From Candidatus Ozemobacteraceae bacterium (lineage in GTDB: Bacteria > Muiribacteriota > Ozemobacteria > Ozemobacterales > Ozemobacteraceae): a DNA stretch of 64,000 nt. Every line of letters starts with the position of its first letter. Within the stretch, counting starts at the first letter, position 1. The stretch lies in the NCBI GenBank assembly GCA_965140445.1, contig OZ223236.1, forward strand, positions 1,632,001 through 1,696,000. The letters are read 5' to 3'. Below the pieces are notes generated by a model that worked only from the letters and a program-made list of their open reading frames with translations, did no database searches and was not told the DNA's origin. Below, one piece after another: positions 7,885-17,181 of this stretch. The translations under genes and the position numbers were made by a program.

Positions 7885-8222
7885 TGTCTAGAATCCAAAA
7901 TCCTTATACGTCATTCCCGGTTTCCATAATAAAAACATTTCCTCTTGTGATTCCTGCAAATAAGTAATTTGTGGAAATATGTTTTGTTTCAACAGTATAG
8001 CAGATATTATCAGCTACTTACCAACAGCTATTATGAAATTGTAATGGTGGTCACCGCGAAGCTCATTAGTGATTGAAATGGCAAAAAAACACTAAAGAAA
8101 AAAGGATTAGCATCCATCTTTTCACTCAGTCTTGCAATTAACACCCCATTGTTTGTTAGTATAATCTGCAACTTTTTTTGATAGAATGCTAAAATTCAAT
8201 TATTAAAACTATCGGAGTAGAA

Positions 8223-9032
8223 ATGCTAACTGGAGAAAGATCAGAAGGAACACTGATAGAGCATCTCGAAGATTTGAGATGGGTAATCATAAGAAGTTTG
8301 ATTGCTATTGCAGTTCTTTTTCCTCTGGGGTTCTATTTTTCTGATCAGATAATGAATTGGCTTATTTCATCTTTTTGTCCGTCCGGGTTCAAACTCCGAT
8401 TTTTTTCTCCTATTGAGCCGTTAATGGTGAAGTTCAAGCTTTCGTTTTATGTATCCATTCTTCTTGGTATTCCTTACCTTTCAAAACAAATTTGGGGATT
8501 TATTGCTCCTGGTCTATATCTGAATGAGAGAAAGCTCGCCAGGAATTTTGGGATATTCAGTTGGTTTCTATTTGTTTCTGGAGCTGTTTTTGCTCTGTAT
8601 ATAATCCTGCCGCTGATAATCCAGTTTTCTCTTGGATTTCAATCAATCTATCTTGAAGCGGCTATAGGGATAGCTCAATTTGTTAGTCTGACCGGCTGGC
8701 TTATCCTTGGTTTTGGCGTAATGTTTCAGTTCCCGATTTTGGTATTCATAGTTGTAAGATCAGGGCTTGTTTCACTTGAAAGATTGAAAGCATTAAGATC
8801 TGTTGTTTTCGTGCTGATATTATTTATTTCAGCTCTTTTAACTCCTCCTGATTTTGTAAGCCAACTTTTAATGGGAGTGCCAACATATTTGTTGTTTGAA
8901 CTTGGCTTAATTCTTTCCTCAATTTTTGGAGCTGGAAAAACATTGAATAGTATTGAGAATGAAGCAAACATAGAAGAAATTATTGATGCAAAACAAATTG
9001 AAACGGATGATACAGAAACCAAAAAAAACTGA
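8223..9032 (+). CDS. tatC: Twin-arginine translocase subunit TatC
   Basis: LIEHLEDLR, WGFIAPGLYLNE, GVMFQFP, SALLTPPDFVSQ, LLFE motifs; about 6 TM helices. Confidence 0.95.
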   Translation: MLTGERSEGTLIEHLEDLRWVIIRSLIAIAVLFPLGFYFSDQIMNWLISSFCPSGFKLRFFSPIEPLMVKFKLSFYVSILLGIPYLSKQIWGFIAPGLYLNERKLARNFGIFSWFLFVSGAVFALYIILPLIIQFSLGFQSIYLEAAIGIAQFVSLTGWLILGFGVMFQFPILVFIVVRSGLVSLERLKALRSVVFVLILFISALLTPPDFVSQLLMGVPTYLLFELGLILSSIFGAGKTLNSIENEANIEEIIDAKQIETDDTETKKN

Positions 9033-9139
9033 TTCTCAGACAAAATTCTCTTATTGAGCGCAAATTTTGTGATTTTATTTGACTTTAATGCGTTTATTAT
9101 TAACATTTCTTTACAAATATTAATGCGCGGTGGCTGATA

Positions 9140-9976
9140 ATGATTCTTTATTACGCTATGGGTGGCGGCCTGGGGCATCTTACAAGGTTCAGAGCTGTAT
9201 GCAAAACCCTTGGTTTTGATGAAAAAATCTGTTTGGTTACATCATCTCCAAATTGCAAGAATAATGATATTATTCCTTCTGAAGTTCAAACCATTATCCC
9301 CCCTTTTTATGCAGCCAACAGTCGCGAAGATATGGGAGGGTGGCTATCTGAAGTTATAGCTCAAATTAAGCCTTCGAAAATATTCCTGGACGCTTTTCCA
9401 GCGGGCATTCTTGGAGAATTTTGCCATACGCAGATTGCTGATGATATTGAATTTTTCAATCTGGCAAGAATTCTGAAGTGGGATGTTTATAAATCACGGT
9501 TAGGCAAAATTGATTACAGGTTCAAAAAAGTTTTTGTTCTTGAAGAACTCTCGGAAGACCACCGATTATTTCTTAGCCAGAATTCAGACGAGGTTGAAGA
9601 AATCAAGTTGTTACTCCCTGAAAAAAAGGATTTGAATGTGGACATTCCGGATGGGGCATGGATTATTGTTCATGCTGGTGCCCACGAAGAGACTTTGACC
9701 TTGGTTCAATATGCTCAATTGGAGGCTGAAAAAGCAGGGGTTAAACCAGTTTTTGTCTTGATAACTCCAGAAAAACCTCCGAAGCTTGCAAATGAAAAAA
9801 TCATTCATTTGGACGTTTATCCTGCATATTCCCTTTTTGAAAAGGCTGGAAAGGTTATTTCAGGTGCAGGGTTTAACATGGTTGATCAGATGAGAAACAT
9901 GCGTGATAAGCATATTGTTTTGCCATTTGATAGAGTTTTTGATGACCAACACCTACGTGCCAAAAGATTAGTCTGA
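9140..9976 (+). CDS. GT-B fold glycosyltransferase-like protein
   Basis: YYAMGGGLGHLTR N-terminal motif, VISGAGFN and DDQHLRA C-terminal motifs. Confidence 0.6.
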   Translation: MILYYAMGGGLGHLTRFRAVCKTLGFDEKICLVTSSPNCKNNDIIPSEVQTIIPPFYAANSREDMGGWLSEVIAQIKPSKIFLDAFPAGILGEFCHTQIADDIEFFNLARILKWDVYKSRLGKIDYRFKKVFVLEELSEDHRLFLSQNSDEVEEIKLLLPEKKDLNVDIPDGAWIIVHAGAHEETLTLVQYAQLEAEKAGVKPVFVLITPEKPPKLANEKIIHLDVYPAYSLFEKAGKVISGAGFNMVDQMRNMRDKHIVLPFDRVFDDQHLRAKRLV

Positions 9977-10080
9977 ATAAGGCTTTAACAGCTTTCCCCC
10001 TTGCAGGACAAGCGCTGCTTGATGTATCCTTTCAAAGAACTGCGAAGCACAAAATTTGCAGCAGAAAGCGAATTTGAGGG

Positions 10081-11319
10081 GTGAAAATGAAGATTCTCCA
10101 CACTTCTGACTGGCATTTGGGGCAAACTCTTGTTTCAAATAGCCGTGAAAACGAGCATCGAAAATTCTTTGACTGGCTTATTGAGACAATTAAAGCCGAA
10201 GAAATTGATTGCTTAATAGTTGCTGGCGATGTCTTTGATAATGCCACTCCCCCAAGTTATGCACAAAAATTGTATTTTGAGTTTTTGGGAAAGCTTCAGG
10301 ACACTGGATGCAAAAATACCTTCATTTTAGGAGGAAACCACGATTCTCCCGCGGTTGTAAATGCTCCTGCACCATTTCTTAGGCATTTGACTGTTTTTGC
10401 GATGGGAGCAATTCCGGATAATCCTGAGGACCAGATTTTTGTAATAACGAATGCTGAAAACGAGCCTGGTGCCATTTTTTGTGCTATTCCTTTTTTGAGA
10501 GACCGTGATGTCAGAAAGTCAATTGCAGGCGAAACCTATGACGAGAAAAATACCAGGCTTCTTAATGGCATTAGAAACCATTTTCAAAAAATCCTTGAAT
10601 TAGCCCAAAACAAAGCAAATGAGTTGGGAAAGCCCGATTTGCCAATCATTGGTAGCGGGCATCTGTTCGCAGCCGGAAGCCAGGTTAGCGAAAGCACCAG
10701 AGATATTTATGTTGGCAACCTTTTCAAGTTCTGCGGCGCAGACTTCCCTGAACGATTTGACTACATTGCTCTCGGGCACATACATATTCCGCAACTGGTT
10801 GGCAAGAAGAACAGGGTGAGATATTGCGGTTCGCCGATTCCAATGAGCTTTGATGAAGGAAGACAGATAAAGCAGGTTGTCGTTTTTGATACGCTAAATA
10901 AAGAAAATATTAAAACTATTGATATTCCGTGTTTCCAGCGACTAGCACTCCTTAAAGGCACTATAGAGGAAATTGGCCAGCAATTATCTGAGCTGGTAGA
11001 AAATCTTCATTCCGAATCTGCCTGGGTAGAAATTCAGGTAAAGGAAGATCGTGAAATTCCTCGTCTTAACGAAAGGGTTGCTGAATTAGTTGAAGATTTG
11101 CCAGTAGAAGTCCTGGTCTTGAGACATGTTAGAAGCTCAATTGATATTGGACTTAGAAATGAAACCGCAAAACAGCTTTCAGAGTTTAGCCCTACTGAAG
11201 TTTTTGAGAAACGTCTTGAACTTGAAACAGAAATGGAGGATTCAGAAAAAGAGGAAATGCGCATGGCATTTTCTGAAATCCTTGAAGGGCAGGACTTGGA
11301 AAAGGGTGCTTCAGCATGA
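10081..11319 (+). CDS. sbcD: Exonuclease SbcCD subunit D
   Basis: HTSDWHLG, AGDVFD, GNHDS, ALGHIH, YCGSPIPMSFDE. Confidence 0.95.
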   Translation: MKMKILHTSDWHLGQTLVSNSRENEHRKFFDWLIETIKAEEIDCLIVAGDVFDNATPPSYAQKLYFEFLGKLQDTGCKNTFILGGNHDSPAVVNAPAPFLRHLTVFAMGAIPDNPEDQIFVITNAENEPGAIFCAIPFLRDRDVRKSIAGETYDEKNTRLLNGIRNHFQKILELAQNKANELGKPDLPIIGSGHLFAAGSQVSESTRDIYVGNLFKFCGADFPERFDYIALGHIHIPQLVGKKNRVRYCGSPIPMSFDEGRQIKQVVVFDTLNKENIKTIDIPCFQRLALLKGTIEEIGQQLSELVENLHSESAWVEIQVKEDREIPRLNERVAELVEDLPVEVLVLRHVRSSIDIGLRNETAKQLSEFSPTEVFEKRLELETEMEDSEKEEMRMAFSEILEGQDLEKGASA

Positions 11320-14300
11320 AAATTCTAAAGTTGCGTGGGAAAAATATTAATTCGTTAAAGGGCAATTTCGAAGTTGATTTTTCAACTGGCCCGCTTGCTA
11401 ATGCTGGAATCTACGCTATTACAGGTCCGACCGGAGCAGGAAAAACAACTCTTCTTGATGTGATCAGCCTTGCCCTGTATAACAATATTGCACGCGGAAT
11501 AAAACCTAAAGACGTTGTGATGACAAAGCATACAGCTGAATGCCTTGCAGAAGTTGAATTTGAGGTTGAAGGAAGGCATTTTAAATCTTCATGGAGCCAA
11601 AAGCGCGCAAAAGGAAGCTCTGAAGGAAGATTTCAAGCGCCAAAAATGGATTTATCAGAGTTGTTGGAAGGTGAATTCGTTCCCATAGAAGGCAAAATTA
11701 AATCGGTGTCTGATGAGGTTGCAAGAATTACAGGTCTTGATGAAAAGAAGTTTTTCAGGTCAATGATGCTGGCTCAAGGGCAATTTAGGGCTTTTTTAGA
11801 TGCAACCCCGAATGAAAGAGCTGATCTTCTCGAGAAGATGACGGGAACAGAGATCTATGCGCAAATCTCTTCAAACGTTTTTGAAAAGGCAAAAGAAGAG
11901 GAAACCAAACTTGAAAAAATACGTGCAGTTCAGGGTGGAATTAAATTTCTGTCCGAAGAAGAATTGAGCAACTTAAAAAAACAACAGGAAGACAATAAAA
12001 AATCTATTAACGAATTCGATCAATCCTTAAGAGAACTCAGGGAAACTGAAAAAAAACTAGCTGAAGTCGTCGTTCTCAAGGATAGGTTGGCAGAACTGGG
12101 ACAGGCTAAAGTTAAGTTAACATCTGAGCTTGAATCTTCTCAGGAAAAAGCGAAAAAGCTGGAATTAGATGAAAAGCTACGTGAGATCGAACCAGAGTTT
12201 TTGAAATTAACTGATACAAATGAACAATTAATTCAGAATCTGGCCAGGAAAACTCAAATTGAAAAAGAATTGTCCATACTTCATCAGGATAGTAAGAACT
12301 TTCAGCAAAAGTTTGAGATTTTGCAAAAAGAGAGCGAACAGTTTGAGTTGGATTTTGCAGAAAAAAGCAAAGCCATAGACATGGCAGTAGCTCTGGATGC
12401 GCAAATTTTAACTGCAGAGAAAAATTCCAATGAAAAAGCATTGCAGATAAAAGAAGAGGATCAAAGGCGCACAGTTTTATTGGAGAAAAAGAAGGTCCTA
12501 GAAGATTCTCTGGGAAAAGCCAAAATAGAGTTGGATAAAGCTACAAAGCTTTTAAATACAGAAGACTATCCAGCTCTAACTTCCGACTACGCAAAGATAA
12601 ATGCTTTATTTGCTGGCTACGAAAATGCTTCCAGAAAAAGTTTGGCTAAGAAAGAGAGTAGAACTGCTCTTGTTAATCAAGCATCAATTGTTGCAAAGAT
12701 GCTTGAAGAGTCGCGAAATAGAGAAAAAGAGCTTTCGGGAAAATTTGACCTGTTACAAAAGGAATTGGAAAAAAAGAATCTTGAGTTAAAAGAAACTCTC
12801 GGCGAAAGAAAAATTGAAACAATTTTTGCTGAAAACGAGATTCTTAAGCAGAAGCTTGTTGGTTTGCAGGATTTTCTTAACTTGTACAAAAAGCTTCAAT
12901 CTAATGAAGAAAATGTTTCAAAGGCAAAGTGCGAGAAAACGTCTCTGCTAGCTGAAGCGCAAAAAATAAAGTCAGAAGAAAGTGAAGCAAAAGCACTTCT
13001 TGAAGAAGTTAAGGTTGATGTAAAACAATTTTCTGAGAAAAAGGAGCTTGAATCTCTAATTATTAATCTCGAAGAAGAAAGGTCCAGGCTTGAAGACGGA
13101 AAAGAATGTCCGCTTTGCGGTTCTCTTGAGCATCCTTATAAATCCGGTATAGTAGTGGACGTAAATTCAACTACAAAGCTTCTTAAAGAAAAAGAAACAA
13201 AATTAGAAAACCTGCACAAATTGCTTATTGAAATTTCCAGTCGAGATGCAAAAATCGGTGAAAAACTTGAATCTACAGATAAGCAAATTGCTAACTGGGA
13301 AACTGAATTAGAAGGTGTAAGAGCTGAAATTTCTGCCAAAGCTAAAATGCTGGAATTGCCAGTGGATCTTGAATTGCAGAAAGTCGAATCAATGGTCGCT
13401 GAAAATCAAAAGTTGTTGAAAACCTTTGAGGCTATTGCCTCCAAAGCCTTGGGGCTAAGAGAAACCATTGATGAGGCCAATGAAAAAATATCTGGTTTGA
13501 AAAACTCCATACACGATGAACAAAAGCTTCTTACAGAGCTTACTTCTGAAGAAAAGAATCTTCAGTTTCAGCTAAAGGAATGTGAAGCAGAAATTAATGA
13601 ATCAGATGGTTTGATCCGATCGACTTTGGAAACCGCAAGTGGAGTAAACCAAATAGCTTTTCGGCAGGAAGAACCAGTATTGGATTTGAAGGTATTTCTA
13701 CAAAACCTCCAAAACAAGATTAACTATATTGAAGAGACTAAGAGCCTAAAAGCCAGGAGCGAAAATGAAATTGAGGTATTTAATACAGATTTAAAAAACT
13801 ACGAAGAAAGATTTGTAGAGATAGAAAAAGTAATTTCCAGTTTAAAGGCACAGTTTGCGCAAATAGAAGAAAACCTCGTTTTATTAAAGAAACAACGCTC
13901 TGAGCTTCTCGATAATTTAACTGTCGATCAAGTTCGCAACAGTTTGTCTGAAAAGAAGAAAAGACTCGAAAAGGAACTTGCAGAAGCAAGAAATGCACAG
14001 CAGAATTCAGAACAGAAGATTGCTGCCGAGTCAGGCAAGCTTAACTCAACAAATGAAAATATTTCTTCTATCAAATCCCAATTAGAGAAATTGAGCACTG
14101 ATTTTAACGAAAAATTAAGACAGTTTGGAATTAACAGCGAAGAGAAATATCGTGAAAATCGCATAACTACAAGTGAAAGAGACGAGCTTAAAGAATTTTT
14201 CAGAGAACTAAATGAAAAAATAGCTGTAACAAATGGCAAAATTGAACAAGCCAACCTGGACCTTGAAACTCTAACCAAGAAGCTTGATCCTGTGCAGGAA

Positions 14301-14963
14301 ATCCATGCAATTAAAGAAAAAATGGAGTTCGTAGAAGCTAATATACAAAAGCTTACTCACGAATCTGGCGGAATACAGGAAAAACTTGAAGCAGAAAATA
14401 CCAAAAGCCAGCAGTTCGCCAGTATGAAAGGTGAAATTGAAGGACAAGTTCGAGAATATGAGAAGTGGGAAAAGTTGAATAAGCTGATTGGTTCTGCTAA
14501 GGGTGATACCTTTAGAAAATTTGCGCAAAGCCTTACTCTGGATCTTCTCATTGGGCTTTCTAATGAAAAATTAGCCAATTTAAATGATAGATATCTTTTG
14601 GTAAGGACTGATGATGATAAGCTTGGTCTGGAAGTTATTGATACTTATCAAGCCGATGTAAAAAGACCTGTGGAAACCCTGTCTGGCGGTGAATCTTTTT
14701 TGGTAAGCCTGGCTTTGGCACTTGGTTTATCAAAATTAGCCAGCCAGAAAGTTCAAATTGATTCTCTTTTTCTTGATGAAGGATTTGGGACCTTGGATGC
14801 AGATTCCCTTGAAGTGGCACTTTCAGCCCTAAGTTGCTTGCAATCAGAGGGCAAAAGTATTGGAGTCATTTCACATGTGGAATCGCTAAAAGAAAGAATC
14901 CCCGTTCAGATAAAGGTTAAACGGCTATCTGGTGGTTACAGCAAAGTTGAGGTTGTCGGTTAA
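11316..14963 (+). CDS. sbcC: Exonuclease SbcCD subunit C (SMC/Rad50-like)
   Basis: Walker A GPTGAGKT, LAQGQF Q-loop, coiled coil with zinc hook CPLCGS, LSGGE signature, LFLDEGFG Walker B. Confidence 0.95.
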   Translation: MKILKLRGKNINSLKGNFEVDFSTGPLANAGIYAITGPTGAGKTTLLDVISLALYNNIARGIKPKDVVMTKHTAECLAEVEFEVEGRHFKSSWSQKRAKGSSEGRFQAPKMDLSELLEGEFVPIEGKIKSVSDEVARITGLDEKKFFRSMMLAQGQFRAFLDATPNERADLLEKMTGTEIYAQISSNVFEKAKEEETKLEKIRAVQGGIKFLSEEELSNLKKQQEDNKKSINEFDQSLRELRETEKKLAEVVVLKDRLAELGQAKVKLTSELESSQEKAKKLELDEKLREIEPEFLKLTDTNEQLIQNLARKTQIEKELSILHQDSKNFQQKFEILQKESEQFELDFAEKSKAIDMAVALDAQILTAEKNSNEKALQIKEEDQRRTVLLEKKKVLEDSLGKAKIELDKATKLLNTEDYPALTSDYAKINALFAGYENASRKSLAKKESRTALVNQASIVAKMLEESRNREKELSGKFDLLQKELEKKNLELKETLGERKIETIFAENEILKQKLVGLQDFLNLYKKLQSNEENVSKAKCEKTSLLAEAQKIKSEESEAKALLEEVKVDVKQFSEKKELESLIINLEEERSRLEDGKECPLCGSLEHPYKSGIVVDVNSTTKLLKEKETKLENLHKLLIEISSRDAKIGEKLESTDKQIANWETELEGVRAEISAKAKMLELPVDLELQKVESMVAENQKLLKTFEAIASKALGLRETIDEANEKISGLKNSIHDEQKLLTELTSEEKNLQFQLKECEAEINESDGLIRSTLETASGVNQIAFRQEEPVLDLKVFLQNLQNKINYIEETKSLKARSENEIEVFNTDLKNYEERFVEIEKVISSLKAQFAQIEENLVLLKKQRSELLDNLTVDQVRNSLSEKKKRLEKELAEARNAQQNSEQKIAAESGKLNSTNENISSIKSQLEKLSTDFNEKLRQFGINSEEKYRENRITTSERDELKEFFRELNEKIAVTNGKIEQANLDLETLTKKLDPVQEIHAIKEKMEFVEANIQKLTHESGGIQEKLEAENTKSQQFASMKGEIEGQVREYEKWEKLNKLIGSAKGDTFRKFAQSLTLDLLIGLSNEKLANLNDRYLLVRTDDDKLGLEVIDTYQADVKRPVETLSGGESFLVSLALALGLSKLASQKVQIDSLFLDEGFGTLDADSLEVALSALSCLQSEGKSIGVISHVESLKERIPVQIKVKRLSGGYSKVEVVG

Positions 14964-14978
14964 ATTTTTTTCCGGGTT

Positions 14979-16286
14979 TTGCTTTTTTATGATGTATCAT
15001 TGTTAAGTGACAATCGGCAATTGGAGAGGTTATTTTTGAGCGAAAAGAATGACAGTAATATCTGGAAATTTGTATCTCCGCAGGATTATAAACTTCCCGA
15101 AAAAGCAACCACTGAAAAAGCCAGATCTGCAATCTCTGTTTTGTGGCATAGATTATTTGGCGATAGTTTTTCGTCTGATTCTGTGGATATTCAAGCTGAG
15201 CTAAAAAGTATTCCCCAGGGACTATTAGACTGGGTTTCTCCTTTTCCAACCTGGAAAAAACCTGCAAACGAAATCTTTTCAATGCTGAGAGACTGGTATC
15301 AAGATGGTTCTGCTCGAGATCTTTTTCAGGTGTTTGTTTCATCACCAGGTGGTGGTATAAAGGAAATTTTACAAACTCTTGCTGAACGCAAAGGATGGCC
15401 AGTTGTAGGCGCTCCAGCATTCGATCAAATCGTAAATGGCGACTTTTCGTGGATTGACGGAATTCAGAAAACAAATGAATCACCTATTGTTATACCGCAA
15501 TTGAGCGGTATTTTTATTCGTCATTCCAATGGGTTTGAGTTCCTAAGAAGACTTATTGACAAACTTTTTCATTCAAATCAGAAATGTATTATTGGCTGCA
15601 ACAGCTCTCTTTGGAGATACCTGCAGTTATCCATGGCAATTGAAAGCTTTTTTCCAAAGGTTCACGCTTTACAGTCCCTGGATGCCTTGCAGCTGGAACG
15701 ATGGTTTTGTGATTTGGAAAAATCAAACGGCAAGAACTCAACGGTGTTCCGACAATCAGATTCAGGAACCTATGTTCTTCCCAGAAGTGAAACCTCCGAT
15801 GAAGACCAGGAACCAACTGAATTTGAAAACAGCGATGATGAGCATGTTACAGCTGAATTTCTCAATAAATTGGCTGCCAGTTCCCGAGGTGTTCCACTCA
15901 CTGCCTGGGCTATGTGGCGCCATTCATTAAAGCTGGCTCCCGGAGATGACATCGAAGAAGTCGCAAGGGACGCAGCCGTATTGGACAAAGGAAGAACAAT
16001 ATGGGTTAAGCCATTTGAAAAAATTGGATTCCCAAGAGTGCCTCAAAACCTTGGCCAGAAAGCTTGTTTTGTTCTGCAGTATCTTTTAATGCATGAAGGG
16101 CTGTCTTCAGATATGCTGCTGGAGCTGCTTAAAATCGAGCAGGATGTTCTTTTAAGCATTATTTCCGGGCTGAAGTCTGCGGGAATAATTGTGGAAGATC
16201 GTGGACTCTGGCGTGTTACCTGGCTTGGACTTCCTGAAGTAAGAAGATTTCTTGCCCAGGAAGATTATCTAATAGATCTCTGGTGA
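14979..16286 (+). CDS. Hypothetical protein with a degenerate P-loop-like domain and possible C-terminal winged helix
   Basis: VFVSSPGGGIKE Walker-A-like segment; coupled to the downstream MscS gene. Confidence 0.5.
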   Translation: MLFYDVSLLSDNRQLERLFLSEKNDSNIWKFVSPQDYKLPEKATTEKARSAISVLWHRLFGDSFSSDSVDIQAELKSIPQGLLDWVSPFPTWKKPANEIFSMLRDWYQDGSARDLFQVFVSSPGGGIKEILQTLAERKGWPVVGAPAFDQIVNGDFSWIDGIQKTNESPIVIPQLSGIFIRHSNGFEFLRRLIDKLFHSNQKCIIGCNSSLWRYLQLSMAIESFFPKVHALQSLDALQLERWFCDLEKSNGKNSTVFRQSDSGTYVLPRSETSDEDQEPTEFENSDDEHVTAEFLNKLAASSRGVPLTAWAMWRHSLKLAPGDDIEEVARDAAVLDKGRTIWVKPFEKIGFPRVPQNLGQKACFVLQYLLMHEGLSSDMLLELLKIEQDVLLSIISGLKSAGIIVEDRGLWRVTWLGLPEVRRFLAQEDYLIDLW

Positions 16287-16290
16287 AAAT

Positions 16291-17127
16291 ATGACAAATA
16301 GCCCAATTACCCCTGCAACCCCAAATACTGGCGCAGAAATGATCTTTCAGGATTTTAATCAGATCCCGCTGGGTTTTATTGCCATTTTTGTTATCTCAGC
16401 TTTTGTTGCCATTTATCTAATTAAAAACTTTGTTCCAAATCTGGCAGAGAGACTCCCGCCAAGATTCAGACTCTACATTCTTCCGGCCATCCCTCTTTTA
16501 CGAATTTTGATTATCTTTTTTTCCATTTTGGTGGTTTTGCCACTAATAATAAGGCCAACAATTCAGAATCTTCTTGCTATTTCAGGAGCTGTGGGCCTTG
16601 CTCTGGGTTTTGCTTTCAAGGATTTTGCCTCCAGTATCATTGCTGGAATAATTGCCATTTACGAACAGCCTTACCGACCTGGAGACCGGGTTACTATTGA
16701 TGGCGTTTATGGGGAAGTAAAAGCGGTAAACTTGCGATCACTCCGAATTCTTACCCACGATGATACTTTGGTGACCGTTCCACATTCAAAATTGTGGAAT
16801 GGTAGCATTCATAATTCTAACGATGGAAGTCGGGAACAATTGTGTGTTGCTGATTTTTATCTCCATCCTGAACACGATGCCACTGATGTAAGGCAATGCT
16901 TACGTGATGTTGCAATGGTAAGCCCGTTTACACAACTTGGGAAACCTGTTGCTGTTATGCTTAAAGAAAAGGTTTGGGGAACCCATTATCGAATCAAGGC
17001 TTATCCGGTTGATGGAAGGGATGAGTTTGCCTATATCTCTGATCTGACAATCCGAGGAAAAGAAGCACTGCGAAAGCGTGGGGTGAGATTTGCCAATGTT
17101 GCTCCAACATTTGCTGTAAATGATTGA
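16291..17127 (+). CDS. Small-conductance mechanosensitive channel (MscS family)
   Basis: GLALGFAFKD..IAGI..EQPYRPGDRVTIDGVYGEVKAVNLRS. Confidence 0.9.
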   Translation: MTNSPITPATPNTGAEMIFQDFNQIPLGFIAIFVISAFVAIYLIKNFVPNLAERLPPRFRLYILPAIPLLRILIIFFSILVVLPLIIRPTIQNLLAISGAVGLALGFAFKDFASSIIAGIIAIYEQPYRPGDRVTIDGVYGEVKAVNLRSLRILTHDDTLVTVPHSKLWNGSIHNSNDGSREQLCVADFYLHPEHDATDVRQCLRDVAMVSPFTQLGKPVAVMLKEKVWGTHYRIKAYPVDGRDEFAYISDLTIRGKEALRKRGVRFANVAPTFAVND

Positions 17128-17181
17128 TCGTAGATTTTAATCTTGTTAAAATTTAAAGAATAATATTGTTGGAGAAAATGG

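Noticed and set aside
1738..8200. Integron cassette array, suggested by co-oriented toxin, immunity and TA cassettes
   Set aside because: No integrase and no convincing repeated attC sites; the shared repeats are Rhs cores and leaders
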